63,393 nucleotides of DNA, filler included, from Craspedostauros australis (GCA_030167865.1; 21 parts of 21 records of this genome joined end to end with filler, not necessarily neighbours in it); one strand, 5' to 3'; shown: positions 11,527 through 23,859, numbered from the whole stretch's first letter. Program-made: numbers and translations. Notes: a model not told the origin generated them from the sequence alone.

Positions 11527-12053
11527 TAGGAGAGGTGGTTTGGCCATACTCCAAAAACAAACGGCCGCCTCGCCAACGGGCGGAAGATACATGATACTAC
11601 AGCAACGAATGTAACATTGATTTCTTTGAACCGTCGGAGTCGATCGGCCCTAACGACAAAAAATGAAACGTGGTGCACTGGCCGTCACGAGGTCTTCGTG
11701 AGAATTGGTTGTGTTCCAAGGAGACCTCGTGGTGTTGGATACCGTTTTCGGCCATCCACTCGAATGTCGCCTGACGACCAAGTCGACTGCAGACAACTCC
11801 ACAGATCGTGAGTGACAGTCGTGATTGCACGTCCGCCATCCATCAACAACATGAACCAACCAGCCCCACACGAAATCAAAAACAGAAATGTCGATGTCGA
11901 GACCGAGAAGAGAGGAAAGGGAGGACCGAGGAGCATCGACAAGGCCGCTCGTGGGGAGGTGATGTGCCTGGCCCATCAGCAGAGGATCCCCTTGGATAGC
12001 AGAACTATCAACACTTCCGAGTATCCTCACGTATCGAAAGAGAGAGATTGAAG

Positions 12054-14826
12054 ATGGCGAAGGCGGCGAAGGCAAGCAAGATGGAGGTCGATCAATCGTC
12101 GGATTTATCTTATCGTCCGATGAAAGCGACGTGAATGGGTCGTAGATGAGAGGAAACGACGATCTTGATGACGACGAGGAAGAAGAACAGCAGCAGCAGC
12201 AGCAACAGCAGCACCAACAACAGCTGCAACCACAGACCCTGTTGTCGAAATCGTGGGCGATTTCGAAAGCCCATGTGCCCACTTTTTCAGGAGGGAAGGT
12301 GATGCACAGCTACCCGACTCGACAAGGAAGAAGCAACGCCAATCCCCCGTCTGCCAAGACGGATGAGACGGAGGGCGACGGACAAGCAGAGGACAAAGCC
12401 ATCCAGTTCCTGCTGATGCCCATCGATGGTGATGTTGCCATCGTCGATGCCATGAAGGGTGTCAAACTCCGCACATTGAGAGGTGGCGACGATGACGGGA
12501 TCATCTCGGCAGAAAACGACGACGATGAAGACGAGACTATCGACCAGGATGCGATCATGTCCGACACACTGTCGCGCAACAATCAGTTCGTGATGACGTG
12601 CTCCAGGAATCAGCTCATTCGAAGGTATCGCGTCCACACCACGTCGACATCTGTGTCGATCGAATTGAGCAAGACGTGGGGAAAGTCGGGGCACACTTTG
12701 CCAGCTACCCACATGGAACTGCACCCTTCCAACGTCTTCCTTGCGACTGGATCCGTGGATGGAACTGTTCGTATCTGGGATGTGCGCGGTGCCTTCGTCA
12801 CGCATGTGTTCCGCCCCGTCGCCGGCGATGGATCCACCGGTGGCAGTGGCATGCTCAGCGTCACCTCCCTGAAATGGCAGAATGATGCCGGCGAATTGAT
12901 TGTGGCCATTGCGCGTGATGATGGCAGCATCACGACACACGATCTCAGGGATCCCGACCATCTCACCGTGCTGCGTGATCATGACACGTCCGTCACTTGT
13001 ATGGATTGGATGAATGCATCCTTCTTCATCTCAACTGGTCGAGATGCCGTTATCAACCTCTGGCGCATCACCGTCGAAGATCTATCGGCATCCTCCTCCA
13101 AAGAGAAGCGCAAGACGAGAGGGAAAAAGCACAAATCCAAGCAGCAGCAACAGCAAGCGAACATCAAGAGGAGACTGTACCGTCGCATCCAAACGTTGCC
13201 CGTTTACGAGCAGGTGGAAGGTATGGCGTTGATCTCCGACAGCGTTCCCGACGAGATGATGGTCGCCACAACAGGAAACAAAGGCGTGGTGCGAGTGTGG
13301 AAGACGCACATCGGCTCAACGAGGCCGCCAACGCTGCGATTGTTCCTGGAGCAGCCCAAGGAGGAGGCCTTTGGAGAAGATCGTGGAGGTTATCTGTGCA
13401 TGCTATTCAATGAGGACGCGCTCGCGACTGCCGAGGATGGCGACGGGAACGAGAATGACCAACTCATTGTGGTGGACTCAGAGCACAACCTTTCATTCCT
13501 GTCATCGGTCCTAACGCTCGACCGCACCATCGTGGGACACAATGATGAAACCCTTGACCTCAAGGTCATCCCGAACAGTCTCACGAAGATCGTCGTGGCA
13601 ACGAACAGCCCCCAAATCCGCATCCTTGAGCTGGAGAACTTTTCCTGCGATGTTCTGTATGGCCACACGGCAACAACTCTGTGCGTTGCAGTCAGTCCGT
13701 GCGGAAGACTCATTGCAAGTTGCGGCAAGGACAGGGCAATGCGTATCTGGGATGTCGATTCCAAGAAGTGCGTTGCCATGGCCAGCGGACACACGGAGCC
13801 CATTGGAGCATGCGGGTTGTCACAGAAATTAGGCCGCTACGAAGTCACGGGCAAGGCCACCCTTAACGGAGGAGGGGCATTTGCGATCACCGCAAGTCTA
13901 GACAAAACCCTGAAGAAATGGAATCTCCCCGGAGCGCCTGAATTGGTGGACGTAACAAAGACGACGAACCTCGTCGCGGCTGAAAGCGTCAGGGGCCACG
14001 ACAAGGATATCAACATCGTCTCCGTCGCGCCCAACGACTCCATCGTTGCCGCCGGATCTCAAGACAAGACCGTGAAGCTGTGGAACGCGACCGATCTCAA
14101 GCTCAGGGCCACCCTGAAGGGTCACCGACGCGGTGTGTGGGATTGCCAATTCTCACCCATCGACAGGGTCCTCGCGACATCCAGCGGCGATAGCACCATC
14201 AAGCTTTGGTCTCTTGGTGACTACTCGTGCGTCCGCACCTTCCAGGGGCACGTTGCCAGCGTGTTGCGCTTTCGATTCCTCCGCACAGGACTCCAGCTGA
14301 TGTCCGCCGGTGGCGATGACCTTATCAAGCTGTGGGCCATTCGCAGCAACCAGTGCGAAACAACACTGGACGGCCACTCCAACAAGGTATGGGCGCTGGA
14401 TCTGTGCGAGGATGGCGCCACGGCAATCAGCGGTGGAGCTGATTCCAAGATTCTGCTGTGGAGGGACGACACCCAGGCCGTGGAAGATGATCGCAAGGCG
14501 AAGGAGGCGGAGAGCACCCTTTTGGAACAGCAGCTGGCGAACCACATGCGCCACAAGGAATTCGGCAAGGCTCTGAAGTTGGCGTTGCAAGCCAACAAAC
14601 CGTTGCAGGCGCTGAAGGTGATCAACTCCCTGATCGAGTCCAGTCTGCAGAAGAAGCACAATCCGCTTGTCGTGCTGCAGGCGCACGTCAAGTCATGGAG
14701 CATGGAGCAAACAGCGAAGGTTCTGAAGTACTGCCGCGAATGGAATACAAGAGCGCGCAATTCACATGTCGCCATGCTGTTGGTCAAGGCAGTCACAACG
14801 ACGATCTCAGTTCAAAGACTGGCATG
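12054..14826 (+). pseudogene. UTP13: UTP13/TBL3 WD40 protein, 5'-disrupted copy (3' end missing at gap)
   Basis: Relative to the copy at 40850, a frameshifting insertion gives TGA at 12132-12134, and CAG became TAG at 12143-12145. The downstream frame from 12146 is intact (WD40 repeats, GHRRGVW, WNTRARN). Confidence 0.8.
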
Positions 14827-14926
14827 NNNNNNNNNNNNNNNNNNNNNNNNNNNNNNNNNNNNNNNNNNNNTTAATTAATTAANNNNNNNNNNNNNNNNNN
14901 NNNNNNNNNNNNNNNNNNNNNNNNNN

Positions 14927-15248
14927 TGAAGGTAGGGCAGCATGGTGCCATCGAGAATTTTTTGCACCCACCACCTGACAGACAGCAAGCCAAAACGACA
15001 TTAAAAATAAAGTTCATACAAATTTAACTAAGATATTCAGAATAAACGATAGCCAAGCGTCCGAATGAACTGTCTAGTTTTAATTTTAAATGGTGCGTTG
15101 TTGAGATATAACATCATAAGCAGTTGTTTGGATGGTTTTGGGTGTGCTCTAATTTAGTCTACTTTATCACGACTCATCACGAGTAAAACTCAAAAAACAC
15201 TCCACAACTAGTGTTATCGTGAGTGCATCAACTGCGACCTGGAGGTCG
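14927..15248. mobile_element. Element end, family A, copy 2
   Basis: Same 322 bp, followed by TA|caccag. Confidence 0.9.
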
Positions 15249-15437
15249 TACACCAGTTGCGCCTCGACCTCTTGCACAGATCCCATCTGGCATTTCAATG
15301 TTGGTGCAGTACTCGTCCTGAGGATCAGATCGAGGAAATGCAGGTGCAACTCGCATGCCAACGTCGCAGGCAGCCAAGAAGTCCCGTCCACAGCAGCCGC
15401 AGTCCGAAGATATCTCTTCATCGACAAACAGATCACA

Positions 15438-16826
15438 ATGGGAACATCACAATCCCACGCAAGAGGATCCGACAAGGGATTGAGCCCAGATCATGGCGCT
15501 GCAAAGCGGGCATGGAATCTGTCATCGCCACCCTTCGATAGGATCCCTGACGCGGAGCACACCATGGACGTGAAGCCGACTTTCACCCCGACCACATCCA
15601 CAACGCACATGTTCGGCGGAAACCCCAGCGCACTGCATCTCAACTTCCTGGAGTGCCCCAAGCCCACTCTCTACGGTTTGTTCAACATGACGGGCTCGTG
15701 GTATCTCTGTCGCGTTCAGAAATATGATGCTCGCACCGGAAGCGTCATCATCGTTTGGGAGGACGGATCCACCCACACCATCGCCAAGCCGTACGTGGGG
15801 AAGAGTCTCCAACGTATCCTACATCAACGCAGCGTCGCGATTGAACGCACCATGATGAAGGAAGAGCAGATGCAACAGCAGCAACGAGATGCTCCCGTTT
15901 CGGGGGTATCATCCACCTTGCATCATATTCGCATCTCGAAGCATCTTCTGGCACGGCCCACCTTTCGTAGCGTTCGACGAACATCCGCAAATCCGTCGCA
16001 AGACATCACCATCGAGGACGGCGAATTGAGTGCTGTATTCTTTGCCTGCGAGGCACCGACCCTGTACGGACGGTACAAGAATACTGGACAATGGTACTTG
16101 TGCAGGATTCGGAGTTTGGATCATGACGGCACTTACACGGTCGCATGGGAAGATGGGTCCATCCAATGCGGTACGACGAATGATGATCTGCGAAGGCTGG
16201 CGGCGGATCCTGCGGCGTGGATCGAGGAGGCATTGGTGAAAGAGGTTGTGTTGGTGAAACAGCTTCATGCGAAACGGAAGAAAAAACAGCAGTCCTGGTT
16301 GAAGGGATGGGGCAAGGGTAATGGTAAGGCAGCGAACCCCAATCAATCAAGGAAGGATGATTTTTCCGTGGCATCGGCAGCTGTATCAATTGGGCAGGCT
16401 GAAGACGACCGGATGGCGCGAACCCCCGAGAAAGGCAGCAGCAATGAGAATCGAAAGAAAGATGAACATGCCAACGCTGTAGACTCCCACTACGACCATA
16501 ACCACGGCGACAACGATGACGAGATGGATGTCTGGGAGGCAGCCAAGCGTGGCGATATGGAAGTCTGCCTTGCCATCATAGATCGGGGCGATGCGACACC
16601 CAACGATGTGGAGATGCTGTCGAGTGGCAAGGACATGTTCGGGACAACGCCGCACAACTACACAGTTGGCATCGCCCCGAGTGATGGCATGGCCAACAAT
16701 GCGAATCAACCAGCAACGGAAGGTCGATCACCCCTATACTGGGCCTGCTTCGGCGGTCACGCGGAGCTAGTGCCTCAAAGAGCCGGACCCAAATGTTTGG
16801 CGATGTTTGGCGATGTTTGGCGATGA
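15438..16826 (+). CDS. Protein with N-myristoylation-like start, two Tudor/Agenet-like repeats and an ankyrin repeat, apparently truncated by an insertion
   Basis: Starts MGTSQS. Repeats PTLYGLFNMTGSWYLCRV...IVWEDGS and PTLYGRYKNTGQWYLCRI...VAWEDGS. Ankyrin-like segments VWEAAKRGD and GRSPLYWACFGGHAELV, then a switch to repeat DNA. Confidence 0.7.
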   Translation: MGTSQSHARGSDKGLSPDHGAAKRAWNLSSPPFDRIPDAEHTMDVKPTFTPTTSTTHMFGGNPSALHLNFLECPKPTLYGLFNMTGSWYLCRVQKYDARTGSVIIVWEDGSTHTIAKPYVGKSLQRILHQRSVAIERTMMKEEQMQQQQRDAPVSGVSSTLHHIRISKHLLARPTFRSVRRTSANPSQDITIEDGELSAVFFACEAPTLYGRYKNTGQWYLCRIRSLDHDGTYTVAWEDGSIQCGTTNDDLRRLAADPAAWIEEALVKEVVLVKQLHAKRKKKQQSWLKGWGKGNGKAANPNQSRKDDFSVASAAVSIGQAEDDRMARTPEKGSSNENRKKDEHANAVDSHYDHNHGDNDDEMDVWEAAKRGDMEVCLAIIDRGDATPNDVEMLSSGKDMFGTTPHNYTVGIAPSDGMANNANQPATEGRSPLYWACFGGHAELVPQRAGPKCLAMFGDVWR

Positions 16827-16850
16827 TTGGCTACAGATTTTGGACCCATT
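16768..16850. repeat. Probable transposon end with 10-bp tandem repeats (ATGTTTGGCG x3)
   Basis: Starts TAGTGCCTC in the middle of an ankyrin repeat and runs into the gap. Confidence 0.45.
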
Positions 16851-16950
16851 NNNNNNNNNNNNNNNNNNNNNNNNNNNNNNNNNNNNNNNNNNNNTTAATT
16901 AATTAANNNNNNNNNNNNNNNNNNNNNNNNNNNNNNNNNNNNNNNNNNNN

Positions 16951-17272
16951 TGAAGGTAGGGCAGCATGGTGCCATCGAGAATTTTTTGCACCCACCACCT
17001 GACAGACAGCAAGCCAAAACGACATTAAAAATAAAGTTCATACAAATTTAACTAAGATATTCAGAATAAACGATAGCCAAGCGTCCGAATGAACTGTCTA
17101 GTTTTAATTTTAAATGGTGCGTTGTTGAGATATAACATCATAAGCAGTTGTTTGGATGGTTTTGGGTGTGCTCTAATTTAGTCTACTTTATCACGACTCA
17201 TCACGAGTAAAACTCAAAAAACACTCCACAACTAGTGTTATCGTGAGTGCATCAACTGCGACCTGGAGGTCG
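16951..17272. mobile_element. Element end, family A, copy 3
   Basis: Same 322 bp, followed by TA|cttgtg. Confidence 0.9.
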
Positions 17273-20200
17273 TACTTGTGCTGCCTGCGGAATCAAACAG
17301 TCGCCTCATCTTTCCGTCCCATGTTGGACACATGATGCAACCCTTCAAAGGTTGACACACGTTGACACGAGACGCTCTCCATTCTTCGATTGGTTCGTGA
17401 GGGCAGTTGGTGCTTGTGATTGCCACTTTCCACTATCAAGAAGATCCGACTCTCTCCGCGGACATGATGCGGAATGTTGATGTTGACAGAGGTAGTGTTG
17501 TTGGTGTTCCTGTTCATGTGGGTGGTTGATGTTCATGAACATGGTCTCACGATAGTTCGTTTCTTCATTCTTCTTCTTGCGTCTCTTCGGGATTCACTTT
17601 GCACCTCATTGAAGTGGAAGGGTATGGTATGGCCATCCATGATACGATACGCATCCACACCCAACTCATTTGGAATGTCCGCTTCCGTGATGGGTCATGA
17701 CATGGTGTACTGCCTTCCTCATTTCTGTCCAACGACGGAGTGGAGAATGGTGGAACGAAATGTGGACAAACTGGAGTCAACCTCTCGCTTCACCTCCCAA
17801 ACCAAGACCTCCCACAGGTGGCGCGTCGATTAAGTCTGCAATCAATGTCGTTCCTGCCCAAGATTCCATCCACCACAGCCTTGCGACGAGGAGGAGAAAT
17901 AAGGTGGTGCGATGTTGAATTTGAAGATGACAAAGGTCGGAGCCGCAAGAGTGGTCTCGATTGTCTCGTAAGCACTTCTTCGCGTTGACACGACCACATG
18001 AGTTGTTTGTTTGCTCATCTGTCTGCTTGCTCATCTGTCTCCCGTCTTGGTGTCTGATTGGGGTCTGGAAAGGGTTGATGGCTACACGTCTCGCGACGCT
18101 GACTTGTCCAGATCGATGCGGTGGTTCAATGTTGTGGTTGAAGGCCATCATGAAGTATCAATTGATGTTGAGAGAAGCTCGGCCAAGGGTGGAAGATCAT
18201 GTGGTGTGGTGGGCCGCATCACGAAGGTTCGGCATGCTCGGATGGTCTCCCTTGCATGGCTTCGCATCGAGATCAGACACAGACATGTTGTGACGAGCCC
18301 GAGTCTTCATCATCCTTCTCTTTCTGCCACCAATGTTGTGTCAACGAGATGGATGGCGCGAGATGTGACTCCCAAGGAGGCTGAGGTGCAAGGATGAAAA
18401 ACAGGCCCGCCGTTTTCTGATTCTCTCGTCTGGTCTGTCTCGCCATTGACACGGAAGCGCATGCAAAAGAGCATTGCCGAACTCCGCCGAAAAAGAGAGA
18501 TCAAAGCACCAGAGTACCAGCGAGCAGTCCCAGATTACTTTACCCTCCCGTACGGGTACAAACAATGATGCGTGCATCGGGCTCGTCGCCGCCAGCATGG
18601 AAGGAACCGATCGTCATTCAACCCAACGCGAGAGACTTGAGTATCATCGGGAAGAGAACGAGTACTGCAACGTAGTTATGGAGCCCTGGGCAGTTGTCAA
18701 CCTTGGAACCACCGACCGCGTATCACATTCCGTTCCATTGCGTTGTCTACCACGCAGAAAGCAACATCGCCGACACGGGGGTGACGATGAGAATCTGATG
18801 GAGCGCTGCGATTGATTGTTGTCGTGACACTTGTCGTTGTTCTCTGTTCAGGGTGTTGTGGCAAATTCATCGTTTGTCGCGGCCCAAAATGTGAGACCGG
18901 AGATTTGAGAGCATCGTTCGATCTTGTCGAGCGTCGCATACGACATTGAGTGGAATGCGCGTTCAATTTAAGCCACGTGGATGTGAGGATGAAGAAATAA
19001 GCGTTTCTGGCTGTACCTAAGCCAACAGTGGACACGACCGGTTCTGATTTGCATAATTGGAGTAGCCGGTGAGCGAAGAATCGATCTTGGGCCTGTTGTT
19101 GTTGAGTCCTGGTTGCGATGGTGAAGAGTCGGTGTTCGCTCACAATGATAGTCGAACGAAATCAAGACAATATTATAACGTATATTAACGTCTATTCATG
19201 TCGCAGAAAATGGAACGAAGAACCCACATGTTTCCACACGCGATTGAATCACGTCACCGGATCCATATATAGTGACGTTGTGATTCGCGCCAATGATATG
19301 CCTTGTCGACTGCTGCGGAGCAGGACCCTGTAAACACGCGACAACCACGGATAACCAAGAACGAGAGTAGTGTGCATGTACGAGCGGCTTGCGCGAGGTG
19401 GATACGTCCTCGCAGGGCGATTGTGGGCGAAGTCCACGCAACAATCGCTCCCCCAACACGAAGCCGGTTGTGGGAACGTGGCAACAATGGACACCAAAAA
19501 CGGTAACATCGGTTACTCCGCCGCAACCACAAACAGCCGCAGCGCCATCATCACCAAAATCAGCACCACCATCATCACCCCAAGCGGCAACCAAGAAGGA
19601 GGAGGTGACCATCAACAGAGCACGAACAGCACGAGCGTCAACCACACCATCATCAGCGACACAGAGGCCAAACGGATGGAAACAGTAAAGCACGCCACTG
19701 ATTCACGCGAGTCTGGAATGTACGTGCATGGATGGAGCTTGGTATCACAGCAACAGTATCAGTGGGGATAGAAGTAGACAAAGAACGGGAGCGTACACTC
19801 CACTGAGCAAGAACACAAGCGTCTGGTTTTTCTCGCGCGACAGCGAAGGCAAGAACGAAATCAAGAGCCGCACGCGCCAACGAGCGACGGCTTCAACAAG
19901 AACACACACACAGAAGAGGGCGAGCGAGTGAGTGAACGGGAAAGGAACACAAAGGAGCGAGGGCGACAACCAAGGCAAGGCAGACCGACGGTATCAGCGC
20001 CGCAGTTGAGCACGACTACCCCTCCTGTTTGCCTACTCTGCGTCCTAATCCCGCACTGTGCAAACCAACACACAATAGTCGTGCACGCAAACAAACACAC
20101 ACACGGAGACAACTGCCCATTCGAAACACAACAAACGACAGCTCATACCTCGGAAACAGCACCGCTTCCACGCTCTCCAGAACGACACCACGAGCAGTGT

Positions 20201-20590
20201 GACCGCAGTCGTCTCCCGCGTTGTCTCTCTTCGACAACGAGAGCACCGGCAACAAGGGAAGGGCTGTTTACCATAGTTTCCCCGCATCATCGATCAGGAA
20301 GGTCCCATCACATTCCATCCGCCACACTCTGCATCCCACTTCCATCTCTCAACTGCCACACCAGTACCAGGGGTGCCCATACCACACAACCGACAGCTGC
20401 GGCAACAACTGCGACGATAGAGGCACACGCTCTGCTCTTGGACCATTGTTCCCATAGATTGCATTCGTTTCATTGTTCACATCCATAGATAACATCCATT
20501 CTCCACAAGAGTGCAGCATACCAATAGTGCATCATACCAATAGCACAGCATACCAATAGCACAGAACAGGATAGCAACAGCATAGCCACC

Positions 20591-22033
20591 ATGATCCGCA
20601 ACCAGACGAGACGGCCCGTGGGAGGGATGCACAGACAGCCTGGCAACTGCCACTACGACTACCCGGCGGACCTCCACGGCGACAACCAGACGCAATACAG
20701 CAGCGGCAGCCGGCAATACTACCCACAACATCACTGCTACAACAGCCAGCAAGAGTACAACCAGGACTACAGAGAGGCAGCTGGTGCATTCGGCCGTGTT
20801 CGACAGCACCAGCCCGCCAACCACGCCCACTGCTACGACCAACAGGAGAGCTACAACTACGCTCCCGACCATGAGGATGACCATGACGATGACGTGGCGA
20901 CCTACCTCTCTGCCGGCAACATGGAGTGGGATGTCAGCAACCTCTACTCTGAAGGCTGCCAGCATCGTTACATGCCAAGCATTGCCACCACACCATCGCG
21001 TTACCAGCCACGGCGTCCGCAGCAAGCAGAGCGATCACTGTACCCCAGCACGTTCCAGATCGAGGTGGTTCCGCAGATCGACATCGATCACCTCATGCAC
21101 AAGACTGCCTTCAGCGGTCGTCGGCCTGGCAACAACATGGTCCAGCCGCAATCACATCGCAACCACATGCACTACCACAGCAACCACATGCACAACCAAC
21201 AGCCACAGCCACATCACCAAGACACATACTTCCGTGATTACCAGCGCCAGCATGACGACTACGACGACGAATACGAGCAACAGTACCAGTACCGCAGCAG
21301 CTCGACCGACAGCGTCAGCAGCGTGAGCGTAACTAGCAGGTACACCATCGAATCTGGTCGCTCCTTCGGCTCCAGACAGCGGCAGCCCCAGCACGGCATC
21401 TCGATCTCGGCGCGCGATCGCTGGGGCAACGCTTCGTCCAAGCTCATTGATGGACCACCGTTGAGTCCGTACAACACGGCAGCATACTCGCCGGCCGTGC
21501 CGCGCAAGTCTTTCGCGAACAACCAGCGCCAGAGGGTTCAACACATGAGCCACAGCCCGGACCAGCACTCCAAACACTTCAAGGGCGACACCCACGTCCG
21601 CAGGCCAAGCTTCGTGCCCAACAAGAACAAGAAGGAGGTGCGCGGCATGGAGGCCAAGCTCAAGGATCCCTCCAAGTACGGCGACGACGACAGCTACAAT
21701 CCAGTTTCGTGCCTGGATGAGAAACCCACAACGCAGGTCACCATCGAGGTGTCCCCTGGCGCCTTCCTCCCTTTGCGCGGTTCGCAGGAAACCCTAGAGG
21801 CCTACAACTCGGGCCACTCGCATCTCATGAGCTGCATGGGCTGCTCCTTGGCTCTGCGTTGCGTGCCGGACTGTCAGATCGTTATCTGTCCCGAATGTCG
21901 CTTCATGTCGCCCATCGAGGCAACCGACAACGGCAGCCGAGCCGGACTCAGCGAAGGCTATCGTCTGTGGCGCATGAAGCATCACGGCGCGGCCGGGCAA
22001 GGCGGCGGCGTGGGACTTGGTTTGCGTGTTTAG
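20591..22033 (+). CDS. Hypothetical low-complexity (Q/H/Y-rich) protein with C-terminal CxxC-x16-CxxC zinc-ribbon-like domain
   Basis: 480-aa ORF ending IEVSPG..LPLRGSQET...CMGC...CPEC..MSP...GGVGLGL. Confidence 0.8.
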   Translation: MIRNQTRRPVGGMHRQPGNCHYDYPADLHGDNQTQYSSGSRQYYPQHHCYNSQQEYNQDYREAAGAFGRVRQHQPANHAHCYDQQESYNYAPDHEDDHDDDVATYLSAGNMEWDVSNLYSEGCQHRYMPSIATTPSRYQPRRPQQAERSLYPSTFQIEVVPQIDIDHLMHKTAFSGRRPGNNMVQPQSHRNHMHYHSNHMHNQQPQPHHQDTYFRDYQRQHDDYDDEYEQQYQYRSSSTDSVSSVSVTSRYTIESGRSFGSRQRQPQHGISISARDRWGNASSKLIDGPPLSPYNTAAYSPAVPRKSFANNQRQRVQHMSHSPDQHSKHFKGDTHVRRPSFVPNKNKKEVRGMEAKLKDPSKYGDDDSYNPVSCLDEKPTTQVTIEVSPGAFLPLRGSQETLEAYNSGHSHLMSCMGCSLALRCVPDCQIVICPECRFMSPIEATDNGSRAGLSEGYRLWRMKHHGAAGQGGGVGLGLRV

Positions 22034-22884
22034 ACTACACACTAGAGAATACAGTACGATAGAATCGCAACCGTTTTTGTATTCATCCGACGAGAAGGAG
22101 CTGATGGTGGTAGTACAGCAAGGCCGGGAATGGGCGCTGTGCATGGTCGCAGCGGAGAAGAAGCTGCAACACATTCCTTCTCATTCGGAGTTGCCGTGGA
22201 TGCGCAAAATGCGCTTCACCCCTTGAGATGCGATGGGGGAGCAGGTACTGCTGGAGTTGGACGCACCAGTGGCGGACAAGACAAGGAGAGATGCATCTTG
22301 CCATCGTGCGCGTTTGTTGGTCCCATCACAAACTCGCGCGAATGTGGAAGACGCCAAACATGCACGACGATGATCATGCAAGCGTGTATCCACGCACAAT
22401 GGTCACATTCCCCCCGTGAAGGACAGTATCCATCGGACCGTCGCCTCGAGCGACAATCAACGCCGTTTGCATTCGTCCAACAGCGTCAAGCACAGGGTTG
22501 TGTGTGAGAATAGCACCGCTTCGCTCTGATCGTAGGGGGTGGCGCGAACAGTTGTTCGTGATGGACGATGTTTCTTGTCGAGACTTGGTCCGTCTCTTTT
22601 GTCTTGTGTTGGATGCTTCCAACGGTCGACGGACAGACGCGTTCGGGTGTCTGATGTCAAATGTTCTGACGACCAAAGAAAAGATGATGTTGCTGACTCC
22701 CAATCAAAACAAAAATCAAAAAGTTCTGCGACATCAACACATCACAGATCATTGGCATCATCCCCCACCTCCTCTTGTGCACTCTGCGTATCTGCATCGG
22801 ACCTATCCACACACCCGTAGGCTCACGCGCACGCGCAAAGCAAGCACTCCCAAAGACCACACACACACACGTACACACACACCG

Positions 22885-23859
22885 ATGTTCTGCAGCCCAA
22901 CCATGCGTCTCTTGATTGCGTTTCTCATCGCAACGGCCGCACACGCCTACAGCGTGAAAGGAAAGACGGCGCTGGTGACGGGCGCATCGGGTGGCATCGG
23001 CGCGGGCATCGCCAAACGGCTGGCTTCCGAGGGTGCGAAGGTGATCGTGCATTACAACGAACGACGCGACGGTGCGTTGCAGACGAAGCAGCACATCGAG
23101 GACCACGGTGGCTGCTGTTTGGGCGTCGTGCAATGCGATTTCCGCAGCAACGAGAATATCCGCCGCATGGTGCACGACGTGCTGCCGCAGGACGGCAATA
23201 TCGATATCCTCATCAACAACGCTGGGATCATCACGAAGATGGCGTTGGAAGATGACGACGACGACGTGTCGTTGTGGCATGAGACGCTGCAGGTCAACGT
23301 GCATGCGCCGCTTCTGCTGTCCAAGCTCATCAAGCAAAGGATGATGCCAATATTGGATGTGCACAACGACGACGACGGCGACGACAGTGGTGACGATGCC
23401 AGGAGTTGCACCGACGGCATTCCCCAGAACGGCGTCATCATCAACGTCTCCTCCATCCACGGCGAGCGCTCCGTCGAGTACATGGGCGCTTACGCCGCAT
23501 CGAAGGCGGCGCTCGACAGCCTCACGCGGTGCCTGGCATTGGAATGGGCCGCCGACGGCATCCGCGTCAACGCCATCGCTCCCGGCGTCGTGCCGGTGGA
23601 ACGCACGCAAGCGGCCTTCGCGGATCCCGCCGTGACGGACATGTGGAAGGCCAAGCTGCCGACGGATCGGTTGGGCAGCGTCGCGGACGTTGCCAATGCC
23701 ACCATGACGATGATCACGAACGAGTGGCTGACGGGCACCGTGTGGATCTTGGACGGTGGGCAGCTGTCGCGCGGCAATTATCCCGATCGTCCGCGGCCCG
23801 CGGTACCTGGCAAGAGCAAGCCCGTTGCGTCGTCGTCGTCGGTGTCATTTGAATCCTAG
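22885..23859 (+). CDS. Short-chain dehydrogenase/reductase (FabG-like) with N-terminal signal peptide
   Basis: Motifs TGASGGIG, ILINNAG, INVSS, YAASK, IRVNAIAPG and TG..W.LDGG. Confidence 0.95.
   Translation: MFCSPTMRLLIAFLIATAAHAYSVKGKTALVTGASGGIGAGIAKRLASEGAKVIVHYNERRDGALQTKQHIEDHGGCCLGVVQCDFRSNENIRRMVHDVLPQDGNIDILINNAGIITKMALEDDDDDVSLWHETLQVNVHAPLLLSKLIKQRMMPILDVHNDDDGDDSGDDARSCTDGIPQNGVIINVSSIHGERSVEYMGAYAASKAALDSLTRCLALEWAADGIRVNAIAPGVVPVERTQAAFADPAVTDMWKAKLPTDRLGSVADVANATMTMITNEWLTGTVWILDGGQLSRGNYPDRPRPAVPGKSKPVASSSSVSFES

Noticed and set aside
11205..11528. Fanzor/TnpB omega-RNA locus
   Set aside because: I recognised no RuvC/Zn-finger nuclease ORF anywhere in the window, so this cannot be supported without the element interior.
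11205..17274. Family A repeats as a regularly spaced cassette array (integron-like) capturing genes
   Set aside because: Each copy starts a separate contig, so the spacing is artificial. Independent insertions that broke the assembly explain the pattern.
17280..18480. Degenerate minus-strand gene (MRPTTPHDLPPLAELL resembles a GNAT start)
   Set aside because: Many stops in all frames and no convincing acetyl-CoA-binding motif.
22657..23610. Long antisense ORFs over the SDR (similarly over the cyclase, UTP13 and MRS2)
   Set aside because: Expected shadow ORFs of GC-rich coding sequence, with no motifs of their own.
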